IMG/VR virus record: IMGVR_UViG_3300045988_063953
Length of the DNA: 64,000 nt
Source: a virus
Direction: 5' to 3' (one strand)
Each line of letters starts with the position of its first letter. Positions within the stretch are counted from its first letter, which is position 1. This document shows, piece after piece, positions 1 to 11,900 of the stretch. The translations under genes and the position numbers were made by a program. A model generated the notes under the pieces. That model did not search any database and was not told the origin of the DNA. It saw nothing but the letters and a program-made list of their open reading frames with translations.

Positions 1-1
1 T

Positions 2-1021
2 GGTAAAGAAGTTACTGATTGTGTAACTGCTAAAGAAGTTATGCAAAAAGCTAAACTTGATTGGACTGTTGAAAAATGTGAACTTGTTGCTAAAATGCCT
101 TTTAATATTAATGGTAATAATACCGTTGATGAAAAGAATGGTGATTTTAGTTATAAAGGTAACATTTATCGAGAGTGTCCAAAAGCATATGGTACTTATC
201 GTACAGATGTAAATTTACCTCTTGGTATTGTTAAGGATAAATATAAAGTAGTTCAAAATATTGATGCTTTTGATTTCTTTGATGATGCTATTGGTAAAGA
301 TAAAGCTGTTTGGCAAAAAGCTGGTCTGTTTGGTATAGGTCAAAAAGTATTTGTTACTGCAAAACTTCCTACAACTATGAAAGTAGGTAATGATGAAATT
401 GAGAATTATCTTGTATTTAGTAACTCTCATGATGGTAGTAGTAGTATAAATATTCTATTCACTCCTATTAGAGTTGCTTGTACAAATATGCTTAATAGTG
501 CTTTGAAGAATGCTGATTCTTATATTAGAATTAGACATACTGAAAGTGCTGAAGAGAAACTTCAAACAGGTGCTGAAATACTTCGTATTGCCGCTGAACA
601 CGCTAATTCTGCTCAAGAACTTTATCGTGCTCTTCAAACAATTAATATGTCAGATGATGAAGTTATGAAGTATATTCTTAATCTTAATCTTACTGAACAA
701 GAGAAAGGACTTCTTGCTGAATATTCTGATACAAAGACTGCTATTAAACGTCTTTATAATCGTGATTTTACTACTATGGAACATGTTGGTGTTAGTACTC
801 GTAAAATGAATACTATTGTTAATATGTTTGAGTATTACATGGATGGTATTGGTCAAAAGGAAATAGCAGGTACTGCTTGGGGTGCTTATAATGCTGTTAC
901 AGGATTTTATTCAAATGTTGCTAATCTTAGTGGTGAAAAGCGTATGGATAGTTTACTTTATGGTAGTGCTAATCGTGTTATGAATAAAGCACTTAATTTA
1001 GCACTTGCTGATGCTGTGTGA
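2..1021 (+). CDS. DUF932-like phage/plasmid protein, 5' end probably cut by window edge
   Basis: The frame is open from base 2 through the ATG at 41 to the TGA at 1019-1021. The peptide has the VFSNSHDGSSS and TPIRVACTNML blocks that I recognise as DUF932 hallmarks. The segment around the first Met looks internal to the family, so the start is likely upstream. Confidence 0.7.
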   Translation, partial: GKEVTDCVTAKEVMQKAKLDWTVEKCELVAKMPFNINGNNTVDEKNGDFSYKGNIYRECPKAYGTYRTDVNLPLGIVKDKYKVVQNIDAFDFFDDAIGKDKAVWQKAGLFGIGQKVFVTAKLPTTMKVGNDEIENYLVFSNSHDGSSSINILFTPIRVACTNMLNSALKNADSYIRIRHTESAEEKLQTGAEILRIAAEHANSAQELYRALQTINMSDDEVMKYILNLNLTEQEKGLLAEYSDTKTAIKRLYNRDFTTMEHVGVSTRKMNTIVNMFEYYMDGIGQKEIAGTAWGAYNAVTGFYSNVANLSGEKRMDSLLYGSANRVMNKALNLALADAV

Positions 1022-1033
1022 GTTGCTCTATAA

Positions 1034-1053
1034 CTCCCCCGTAAAAGAAATGT
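1034..1053 (+). repeat. GC-rich dispersed motif copy 1 (CTCCCCCGTAAAAGAAATGT)
   Basis: Exact 12-mer core, 13 nt after the DUF932 gene stop, preceded by CTATAA. Confidence 0.95.
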
Positions 1054-1078
1054 AAGTTAATCAACTTTAACTTTAATC

Positions 1079-1111
1079 TTTATAATCGTACTGAATATTA
1101 TAGTATATTTG
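1079..1111 (+). promoter_or_regulatory. possible Bacteroidota-type promoter for dut (TTTA-N21-TATATTTG)
   Basis: TATATTTG at 1104-1111 matches the TAnnTTTG -7 element. The -33 position has TTTA rather than TTTG (1079-1082). It lies 30 nt upstream of the dut ATG and overlaps a 9-bp hairpin (1083-1091/1112-1120). Confidence 0.35.
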
Positions 1112-1140
1112 GTACGATTAAATATTTAATTCATTTTTAT

Positions 1141-1623
1141 ATGGAAAAAACTGATATTGAAAAAGGTGCTGAAGAAAGTAAAGCACTTGTAGTTAAGTTT
1201 AAGAAACTTAATGATGAAGCTGTTATTCCTTCTTATGCTAAAGAAGGTGATGCTGGACTTGATTTAACAGTTGTAAGTTTTGAGTATGATGAAAAACTCG
1301 ATGCTTATGTTTATCACACAGGTCTTGCTATGGAAATTCCTAAGGGTTATGTAGGACTTGTTTATCCTCGTTCTTCTAATCGTAAGACTGATGCTTATAT
1401 GACTAATCATGTAGGTGTTATTGACTCAGGTTATCGTGGTGAGGTTCTTGTAACATTCAAGAATCGTGATAATTCACGTAACGCAATCAATCCTCCTTAT
1501 GTTAGCGGTGAGCGTGTAGCACAACTTATTGTTATGCCTTATCCTACGATTAACGTAGTAGAAGCTACAGAGTTGTCTGAAACAGAACGTGGAACTGATG
1601 GTCACGGAAGTACTGGTAAGTAA
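1141..1623 (+). CDS. dut: dUTP diphosphatase (dUTPase)
   Basis: 160 aa with the classic trimeric dUTPase motifs: GDAGLDL, PRSS, GVIDSGYRGE, RVAQL and the C-terminal RGTDGHGSTG. Confidence 0.93.
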   Translation: MEKTDIEKGAEESKALVVKFKKLNDEAVIPSYAKEGDAGLDLTVVSFEYDEKLDAYVYHTGLAMEIPKGYVGLVYPRSSNRKTDAYMTNHVGVIDSGYRGEVLVTFKNRDNSRNAINPPYVSGERVAQLIVMPYPTINVVEATELSETERGTDGHGSTGK

Positions 1624-1647
1624 TAACTAACTAATATTAATACAATT

Positions 1648-1950
1648 ATGAAAAAGTATGTAAAAGAAATGGTAGAAGAGCATAGCCAACTCTATGTTCT
1701 TCTTGAGAAACTTAATGACTTTATTTATAATCAAGATACATCTCATATTAATAAGGCTGATTTTGCTAATATGTGTATGCAACTTGCTGCTATGCGTCAG
1801 TATGAGAAGTGTCTTGTTGCTCGTCTTAACAATGCTGGTGTTTCATTTACTGATGGTGCTTATCATGAGTGTGTAGCAGTTATTGCTGCTCCTCAGTGTG
1901 ATTGTGAGGATAAAGACGATGCTGAGGAAAATCAAGAAGATAACGAATAA
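1648..1950 (+). CDS. hypothetical small helical protein with acidic tail
   Basis: 100-aa ORF with an ATG start, packed tightly after dut, with a coding-like composition. I am not confident of any family motif. Confidence 0.6.
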   Translation: MKKYVKEMVEEHSQLYVLLEKLNDFIYNQDTSHINKADFANMCMQLAAMRQYEKCLVARLNNAGVSFTDGAYHECVAVIAAPQCDCEDKDDAEENQEDNE

Positions 1951-2215
1951 CAAGGTTATCCTTGTTACTACTAAAGGTTGTGAAGGTTGTACTATTGCTC
2001 GTAAACTTATTAAAGAAGCAATAGATGACCATTCTAAGACTATTAGTTTTGAACAACAAACTCTTGCAGAATTTGGTAGACGAAGACTTACTGAAATGAA
2101 AATTAAAGATTTTCCTGCAATACTCTTTTATAAAGATGATGTTCTTGTTCATAAACATATTGGTACTGCACCTTTAGCATTTTTCCTAAGATGGTTTGAT
2201 GTATATTTTGATTAA
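1919..2215 (+). CDS. thioredoxin/glutaredoxin-like CxxC protein
   Basis: The ORF track gives 1883..2215. I prefer the internal ATG at 1919 (MLRKIKK...) because it overlaps the upstream stop by only about 30 nt. The VILVTTKGCEGC active-site-like CxxC follows a beta strand, and the size fits a redoxin fold. Confidence 0.6.
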   Translation: MLRKIKKITNNKVILVTTKGCEGCTIARKLIKEAIDDHSKTISFEQQTLAEFGRRRLTEMKIKDFPAILFYKDDVLVHKHIGTAPLAFFLRWFDVYFD

Positions 2216-2244
2216 TATACTTTGTTGTGTTTAGTTTGAGTGTT

Positions 2245-2285
2245 GAATAGGTTGGAGATTAAGTTCTTCAACCTATTCTTTATCT
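2245..2285 (+). terminator. intrinsic terminator after the plus-strand module
   Basis: GAATAGGTTGGAG/CTTCAACCTATTC stem (12 bp, one mismatch) followed by TTTATCTT. Confidence 0.7.
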
Positions 2286-2528
2286 TAATAGGGAACATGA
2301 TACTAATCTTAATGATAACAACATACCATAACACACGCCAACACGTTACAACATCGTGCAAGTACAAACAACATTCTGATACATTGTCAGATTGGCACTT
2401 TGCTTGACTTCTGAAAGGTTTAAGTACTAAAACTGATTAATATATCAAAGACAAAATAATGTCCGATTAGAGAGGAAATTAAAATATAGAATTATTTTCC
2501 ATTTATAGTAAGATTAATAAAATGATTA

Positions 2529-2569
2529 GCCCCAATCCGTCCGAGAGGATAGATTGGGGCATTTTTTTT
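2529..2569 (+). terminator. strong intrinsic terminator (possibly bidirectional, between convergent blocks)
   Basis: GCCCCAATC...GATTGGGGC 9-bp GC-rich stem followed by A then T8 on the plus strand. It lies 18 nt from the stop of minus-strand gene 2587..2910. Confidence 0.85.
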
Positions 2570-2586
2570 ACTATCGCAATTAGTAC

Positions 2587-2910
2587 TTACAAGTACTTCA
2601 ACCACGAGAACTTCTTTCTATTAGGAATATAATCTAAATCGTGTTGATTAGCATACGCTTCTTTTTCAAATGAAATATTACGATAAGCAGTATGACCATC
2701 TTTGTATTTAACACGATTATAAAGATACTCAAGAATATATAGTAAATAAAAACCTATATAACCAAGTTCTTTTTCTTGTTCATAATGAATACTTTCGTGA
2801 TTAATAAGAATATCAGTAACTTCATATTCTTTACGAACAAAGATAATATTACCAATAGTAATGGCAATATAACCTCTAAAAGGAATAAATTTATTACGAA
2901 TAACTTTCAT
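2587..2910 (-). CDS. small HExxH (zincin-like) protein
   Basis: 107 aa containing NHESIHYEQE (HExxH followed by a downstream E) and FEKEAY. It is the last gene of the minus-strand block and is followed by the terminator at 2529-2569. Confidence 0.55.
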   Translation of the reverse strand: MKVIRNKFIPFRGYIAITIGNIIFVRKEYEVTDILINHESIHYEQEKELGYIGFYLLYILEYLYNRVKYKDGHTAYRNISFEKEAYANQHDLDYIPNRKKFSWLKYL

Positions 2911-2950
2911 ATTTTGAAGATTAAGTAAAGGAACGATGACAGAAACATCA

Positions 2951-2969
2951 CCATTCCTTTACGGGGGAG
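2951..2969 (-). repeat. GC-rich dispersed motif copy 2 (CTCCCCCGTAAAGGAATGG)
   Basis: Exact core on the minus strand, 7 nt after the RNAP gene stop, preceded by CTATAA. Its 3' half pairs with 2925-2935. Confidence 0.95.
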
Positions 2970-2976
2970 TTATAGT

Positions 2977-5900
2977 TTATCTCTTTATACTATCATAAAT
3001 ATCTTTAGCAAAGCCAATACCATTACCAGTCATTTTATAATAATGATTATCATCTGAAATATGAACCATATTATCATATTGTCTGTACAATGGTATACGA
3101 CGTTTAATATAAACAGTAAGTTTATTTTGACCAGAGAATCGTCCACTATGATAGTTAGGGTCAAAATCATCACCTTCCATAAGCATTTTTGCAACTTGTC
3201 CTAAAGAAGCAATAGCATCACTCATAGCACCAGTTGCTGCAACAGGTTGTGACCATAATTGTTTACCTTGAGCATAAACACCATAAGGAGTAAATTGCAT
3301 AGACTCAGAAGCAAGACGGTCAGCTTCATATAAAGCAAGATTACCTACAAAACTTTCATCATCGTCATCAAGAATAGCTCTTGCAGCTACTGCCATACAT
3401 ATAGCAGAAAGGAATCCGCAAAGTTCTCCAAGAGAACGTCTAATGTTAGCTTTTTCATATTCAGGAAGAATATTATAAGTAGACTTAGCTTCAAGTAAGA
3501 AGTCAAAAGAAAGTTTGAAAACATTTTGAATACTCTCAAGAGCAGATGTTTGAGCATCACTCATTCCATTTTTATTTTTAACTGCTCTAAGATTAAGACT
3601 AAGGAAGTCTATAAGACTTATATAAGTACCTTTTTCAATAGTTTCTCTTTCTTCATTAAAATAACCATGTCGTCTAAAGCGTTTCATAAATCCTGAAGGA
3701 ATATGTTTATGATATTGCATAATAAGACTACCATACCAAGTTTTTTCAATTTGTGCTTGGTCAAGTTTACCATACATACCATGAATCTTTTTATTAACAC
3801 TAATAACACGACCTTTGAACCTACCTAAAATCTTTGCTCTTTCATCAACAGGAATCTCACTCATAAGACTATCATCTTTGAAACCAAGATAACCATCTTC
3901 TGCAAGAGTAAATTGACTCATAAGAGTAGGATGTTCTTCATCATTATTGAACTCTTCTTTAGCACGTTTGACAGCGTCATTATAATTCTTTCTCCAAAGG
4001 TCTTTTTCTTCCTTAGAAAGATATTTAATTGCAAACTCTGAACTAAGGTCTTTACGATAACGAACAATTTCCTTTTTAGTATCAGGGTCAGAAAGTTCTT
4101 TTGCTCTAAGTTCTGCAAACTCTTTACGATGTTTATCATCAAGAAGTTTCATAAGTTCAGCATCAGCCAAATCTTTAATATGATTATCAAGAGTTTTTGT
4201 GATATATTTTGGTTCACCTGCTACAAGACCATATTTAGGATTCTCAAATAGTCTATGACTATAAGCCATACTGAACATAGCACCATTCTGCATAAAATGT
4301 TCACCAATAGCTTGTGGAGTAAACATAGCATCACGAAGTCTTTGAACAGCTTCTTCACCTTTAGCTACTTTAACAGTACCATTAAGTTCATCATAATCTA
4401 CTACAGCAAGATATTTAACAAGAGCATCAGCAGTACTTGTAGACTTATCAGAATAAACATCTTTCATAAAGCTAAGAGCATTAGCTATCCAATACTTTTT
4501 ACCCATAGCCCAATCCTTTGAAGTAAAGTATTGTTTAGCAAATTGTTCACCAAGTATTTGGGTTTCACCCATAGTAATATTAGCAATACCACCTTTAATA
4601 TTACCCATCATATAAATATTAGAAGTAATATTTTGAGCAAAAGCAGCAGCCTTAGTAAACTTTTTATTCTTATCTTTATATTGGTCATAAATAAGACGTC
4701 TTACCCAATTAACATATTGAGCATGAATATTATTATCAGTAACCTTTTCATAACCATCAGCTGTATCAAGTGTTTTACTAAGATGTCCACTACCAAATTT
4801 TTGTTGATAAACTTTATAATCTTTAAGCATTTCTTCTCCATAATAAAGCATTAGCTTTTGGTCTTGAACTGCATTAAAGTGTCCAGCCTTAGTAATAAAG
4901 TTATTCATAACTTCCCACCAATTACGTTCTGCAAGGTCATTATGTTCTTTCTGACGAGCCTCTTCATATTCAGCTTTACGCTTATTATAAGCGTCAATAT
5001 CTACGTTATATTTATCAATATCACCTCCATAATCTTCAATATTAGGTTCAACTTCATCAAATTTAACACCATCTTTGGCTCTAAGTCTTTGAAGCATTGG
5101 CATATCCATAGTTCTATCATTAGCAAAAGTAATATCACTATCATTATAGAACTCAGTATCACCAGTATCTGCACTAACATAACCAAGAAACTTTCCACCT
5201 TCTTTAAGAATACGTTTACCAGAAGTAGGTTGCTCTTTCATCATAACAGGCATACTACCATCACGAATAAAACGTCTTGAAGATTCAGTTTGAGCTAATG
5301 CTTCAAGAGTATCACCAAATTTATCTCTAATCTTTTTCTCTACTTCATTAAGATGAACATCACTATCAAAACCACTACCTTTACGATAATTCTTATATAG
5401 GTCACCACCTTTATAATTAGGATTTCTCATATCAGGAGAACCGTCAAGGTCACCATTACTATCACGACCGTCTTTAGGAGTACGCTCAGTATTCTTAAAA
5501 GAAGGAACCCATTGTCCATCAAATCGTGCAATATTAGGATTAGGTTTACTTTCAGTCCAACATTCAAGAGGAACTACAGCTTGTTTGTAAGGGTCATAAA
5601 TATGATTAGCATCATACCATTCTTGGAATGCTTCTTTACCCTCAGCTTGTTTCTCTTGAAAAACTCTATAATAATGTTCTGTCTTATCAGAAACAACAAG
5701 TTCTTTAAGAGCTTTAAGACCTTCAGTTTTGTTCTTATCAGTAAACTTATCTTTGACACTATCTTTAGGTTTAATGCTACCATAGAGATAACTATTAGGT
5801 TGAATCTTAACAGTACCATCATCGTTGATAATCATTTCACCATCTTTATCTAATGCTATTTCAGTATTAGCATCATACCACGCTTTATACCATTCTTCTC

Positions 5901-8900
5901 CTAAAACTTCAGCCTTAGCTTTAGCCCATTTGTTCATAGTATCAAAACGTTCTTGGTCAATCTTAGAATCTACATTATCTTTAATAAACTTGAATACTTC
6001 TTTTCTATTAGTAGCACCCTTCTTTTTAGTAGTATCTCTGAGTTCACTATAAAGTTTTTCAAGTTTATGTAAATCATCAATACTAAGAGTGTCAGTTCTA
6101 ACGGATTTTGTATGAGAGTTATAAACCTTTTGTAGAATCTCATTAATCTTCCAAACAATATCATTATATTCTTTAGTAACAACACCATCAGAAGTCATAC
6201 CTTTATAAAAATCAGCAGTATAAACTTCATTACCATCATTACCGTTACGAATAAGTTTTCTTTGAGAAAGACCTGTATTCTGAGAATAATCATAATAAGC
6301 TTTTTGAAGAGCTTTAATATGTTCTACTTGTTCAGGAGTAAGTTTGCTTCCATCAACAACACCTTTATTATCGAGAATATCATGTTTAATAGCAAGACTT
6401 CTAATATAATCACGAGTCTTATTTCTACCATTATTACTTGTTCCTTTAGATACTTTTTTAAGAGCATCACCTACTTCTTCCCAAAAACTTTCTCCATATA
6501 CATAACGAGCATTATGAGCAAGCCATTCTTTAGCCTTAACATATTCATCTTTCTTCATCAATTCAGAAAGAGGAACAGTAAGTTCACCAGCAGCATTTCT
6601 TTCCTCATATGCTTTAATAGTATCAAGATTACGTTTAAGTTCTTCATCAAAACCAAACTTAGAATCATATTTATAATACTTAGCATTGAGTTCTTGCATA
6701 CGCTTAACATATTCTCTCAGTGCAGCACGGTGAACTCCCCCGTAAAGGAGATAACGTTTGTAACCCTCTAAATCAGTTTCTTTATCAGGTACACGTTCCT
6801 CCATATCCATAAGAGGGTCAGTAGCAAGACGATTATCTCCATAAAGTAGTTTATGAATTTCATCTTCTACTTGTTTGAGTTCTTTTTCCCAATGCTCAGA
6901 AAGATTACCTTGAGAATCAATATGATCTCTAATTTCAAATTGACGTTCTTTAAGTTGTTTGTAATGACTAAAGATATATCTATGACCTATAAAGTTAGGG
7001 TCTGTTTCTTTAGGCTGAGTAGCAGCAAATGGGTCAACCGCACCTCTAAATGGGTCATTAGGGTCTTCATAAACTTTAGCTTTACCTATACCATCTTGTA
7101 GAAGAGCCTCTTCAATTCTAAGTTTCTCAGTATAATAATCTTGTCTAAGTTCCTGTTCAAAATGTTCAGCTTCAAAAGCATCAAGTTTATGTTTAGCAAG
7201 AAGATATTCAACATGCTTTTCAGCACCTTGTGCTTTAAGGTTTTGCATATTGTTAAGAAGTTCAACAAAAGTCTTTCTTAAATCATCATTATAATCTTGT
7301 CTTAAACGAGTATTTTCGTCAACAATCTTATTCATATCTATAGTAAGACCTTTTTCACGAGCTTCTTTCTCAACTTCTCTCTTAAACTTATTAAACTCTC
7401 TGACACGTTCTTTGGTAACCATTTCAGCACTTCTGATATTCTCCATAACGTGCTTTGTTATAATCTGAACAATAGGATTAGTACTTTCTTGTAAATCATT
7501 AAACCAAGCCTCGAAAGTATTACTACTATGATAACCATCAAAAACAGTAAGAATATCCTGTATAATATAAGGATTATTACTTAGCTTTTTAAGATATTCA
7601 TTACCAAAGTTTTTAAGTGCTCTATCAAGTTTATTATTAGAAGACAATTCTTTTATTCTATCTTGAATAGTTTCAAGATAATATTTAAGATTCTCATCTT
7701 CTGCATTAACATCAAGATTAGAATACTCAGCAAACTTTCTAATAAGAGCCTTAGCTGTAAGAAGAGTTTTAAGGAACTTATCTCTTTCATCAATATCATT
7801 TGCAATAACATCAATTACTTGAGGGTCATCAATACTAAGATATTTACCTGTTTTAGTATTAGTGGTAAAATAATCAAAGTTATGAAGAATATCCTTAACA
7901 GTACTATCAACAAATTCAGCAGTAATTCTAACAGTACCACCAATATTATCTTTAGCTGCATTAGGATTATTAGTACCAGTAAGTTCTTTATACAAAGCCT
8001 TTGCTTTAACTCCACTTTCAAAACCTGCTTTAGCAACAAAATTAAAAGATTGTACACCTTGCTGAGCAGCTTCTTCATCAAGAGCTGATTGTCTTACTTC
8101 ATCAGGCTTTTCTTGAACATCTTCTGTAACAATATAAAGAGGATAATTAGTAATATCTTTACCATTATCTCTTACAAAGTCTTGAAGTTTCTTAATTGCA
8201 GTTCTTTTACTAATATTAGTAATACCATCAACTTTATCATTAACATTATCATATTTGAGATAGCGTGCGTAGTCTGTGAAAGGTGCTTTGGCAATGGTGT
8301 AACCCATTGGCAAAGATACGCTTGATTTGCCATCAATGCTACGTTCTGTGCTTATGATTTGCTTTACTCCATTAGTAGTACTATTGGACTTAATATAACG
8401 TTCCAAAGCCAAATTTGAAATCCACAAGATTTTTCCATCAGCACCATTATGAACACCAAACCAATCATTAATCTGACGTTTGATACTATCAAAAGCACCA
8501 ACTTCGTTAGGCTTAGGATTGTTCAAATCAAATGGTATATTTTCAACAGCAATACTCTTAGTACCTTTAGTTATGTAATCTGTTGGTGTAACTTGCTTTG
8601 TAGCTTTAAGACGATTCTCAAATTGTTCACTCCATTCATGACTCCAAATAACATCTGCCTTACCAGTGAAATCTTTAATAGCTTCCCAATAAAATCTTTT
8701 ATTAGGAAATTTATTATTTTCAGCATTTGCGCTAATATCACTTTGTTCATTAGCTTCAAGTTTATTAAGAGGAATCAAGAAAATATCTTTTCCGTTATGA
8801 GCATCATAAATCTTATAAAGAACAGGTTCAGCTTTACCATTTTCCTTTAATCGGACATATTTATTGAACATTGGATTTCCATCTTCATCAAAATCACTTA

Positions 8901-11900
8901 TATTATACTTTTCAAGTAATTCTTTCTGATTAATAGAAACACGTTTCATGCCATAATAACTATAACCTAATTCAGACTTCTTATCTACCTTATCAATCTT
9001 TCTTGTAGGAATAGCACGAAGAGTAGGATTACTTCTTAAAAATCTTTCTTCTAAACTATTTATAGCACTTGCTTCAAATGTTTTATCCATACCTCTAAAT
9101 TGGTCATTAACTTCTTGAGTAAAACCAATTCCGTCAAGAATACTACCATTATCAGTTCTGTCATTGAATAGAGTACTATTCTTAATAACTTTACTTACAC
9201 CACCACGACGCATCTTAAAGCCATCAACAACAAAAGCATATTTGATAATATCAATAGCTGTTGCTGCAAGTAATGGATTATTGTTATCAAGAAGTTTTTC
9301 AAAACTATTATAAACAGTTTCAATGTTATCACTATTCTCAATAAAACTAATAGTATGCTTACCAATACGTCCTTTGAATGTATTATGAGTAGAAGCTCTA
9401 AGATACTTAGTAACAAGACCATCACTAAATCTACTTTGAACCCAAAGAACCTTTTGTGCAGGACTAAGAGTAAGAAATTGTCTAACTTCTTCTATAGTAG
9501 GATGATTAGCATCTTTAACGTCAAATGGTACTTTATTACCATCAGCATCTTCTACAAGACTTTGAGCATCTCTATTATAACCAAATATTCTTTGAGTTTC
9601 TTCATAAGCATCATCGACCATCAGATTATCTGTAACAGCAGGTTGTAAACCAAACTCTTCAGAATAACTCATTGGGAATTTAATAGAAGAAACATTACTA
9701 TACATACTACCAAGAACATAGTTTTGATAATCTCTGTAAGTCTGTTCTGTCATTACTTTACTACCTGTAAAGTTCTCAGCAAGATGAGTTATAATACTTC
9801 TAAATCTATCACTTTGTGTAGCAAAAAGAAGTCTATTAACTTTAATAGAAGGTGCAGTAGCATATCTCAAGAAAGCATCAAGAGTAGGATAAGAAGATTT
9901 TACATCACCTTTGTAAGACATATAATCATCAATAGAACCAGACACTCCCGGATATACACTTTCAATAAAGTTTACACCATCTACGTTAAGAAGAATACCA
10001 TTATCTGTATGATTATGTCTATCAATCAAAGTATGAATATCATCAAATACTTTATTTGTAGCAAATATACTTTGTTTAGCACCAAACTTATCTGGATTAC
10101 TTACACGAGCAAGGTCACCAATGTTTTGTGCAAGAGCATTAAGTTTATTGAACTGAAGTATAGTTACAAGGTCAAATACAAGAGAATCAGCATTGTTACT
10201 TTCTTTTACGGGGGAGGTACCAAAAACTCCCTTTTCTTTAATTCTATCACCAAGAAGTTTAGTATCCAAAGGAACATCACTTAAAAAACTATGGTCAAGA
10301 GAAATATTATCTTTAATACCAAATAGTTTAGCAAGGCTCTTTTGAACATCACCATTCTTATTCAGTTCTTCTATTACTTTATCAATAGGAGTAAACTTAT
10401 CAACTTTAATATCTAAAGCCTTAGCAATATCCTTAATAGCAGCATGAATAGGATTATAATTACCAGAAACATAAATAGATTTATTTGCATTATAAGCATC
10501 TACAATTCGAGTAACACCTGGTTGCATAATAAAAGCAACAGCTGTTTCAAAATCAAGTCCAACATCAGGAAACGTTTTGAATACAGCAAAGGTATAATCA
10601 TTCTCATTAGGAATGGCATCCTCTTTAATAGCATCAAGAATATGAGCAGTAGTCTGAGAACTATAAGCAGTAATAATCTTACCTGCAATATTTTTATTAT
10701 TCTTAGACCAACCTAATTTATCAACTGTAAGAGTAATAGTACCTTTATCTGTATCAATAACTGCCATATCACCAAAAGAATCTGTTACAGTCTTAATATC
10801 ATACTTAGCTAAAGGAAGTACAACTTTGAATTGAGCAGACTTATGTATAGTAGGTTTTACAGTATTACAAACAGAACAGAAAGTATCACGAGTTACACTA
10901 AATGCTTTAAGTTTAGCACCAGACATAGCATCATCTTGATACTCAGCTTGGTCAATAACATTATAAGGAGTTCTATTTTGACGAGCAATTTGAGCAGGAG
11001 TTCCAGCATAAATAGCATTACGAGCTTTAATCAAATCATCAAAGTTAGAACGAGAAAGATTTTCTTCAAGACTATCTTCATGAGAAAGAATAGCTTTCAT
11101 ACTATCAAGCATTTTATTTTGACGAGCACGTTTAGTATTCTCTCTGATAATCTTATCTTTATTTTGTTCAGACCATTCATCTCTACTTAGAAGACCATGT
11201 TCTATAGCCCAATTATTATGATTAAATTCTTTATCTTCTAATAAACTTTTATCTTCTACATGATCTTCAACATAGTCATTATAAGATTTATTAGCTACTT
11301 CAATATAAGGAACTTTTCTTATAATACCTTCTTCATCAATAAAAGTATTATACTGAATACCATAAACAGAGTCAATATCAAAGTCAGAACCTGTCTGAGA
11401 AACCCAAGCATCAGGAACTACAATAGTAGAACCTAAAGCATCATCAGTAAAACCTACAACCTTAAACTTACAAACAGATTGTTTACCTTCAGTAGGAATA
11501 CGATAACCAAGAATTTCATCAAGACCTTCAGCTTGAAGTTCTTTAAGCAAATCTTCATCACTCTTAAAACTACCGTCATCATTAATTCTTTTAAAACCAA
11601 AGTTAGCTGCAGGAAGCATTACTTCAATATAATCTGTATAATTACCATTTTTATCAGAATGATATCGAAGACTATGACTATAAGCATAAGACTTTACAGA
11701 CTCACGAATAGCCTTAAAACCAATATTAGTAATCTGAGCAGCATGAAAACCTGGAAGTTTCTGTCTTGTAATACCATTATTAAACATAGCTTGAGCAATA
11801 TTTTCAAGTTTAGTTGAAACATTACTCATAAACAATGGCATACGAGTTAATGGAGTATTTCCAATTCTCTCTTCATCTTGAAGAGTTAGAAAGTCCATCA

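Noticed and set aside
8286-8315. A 12-bp near-perfect inverted repeat, CTTTGGCAATGG/CCATTGGCAAAG, in a locally GC-richer patch of the RNAP ORF.
   Set aside because: It is a single isolated occurrence inside coding sequence with one mismatch and no repeat elsewhere. It is most simply a chance or codon-level feature.
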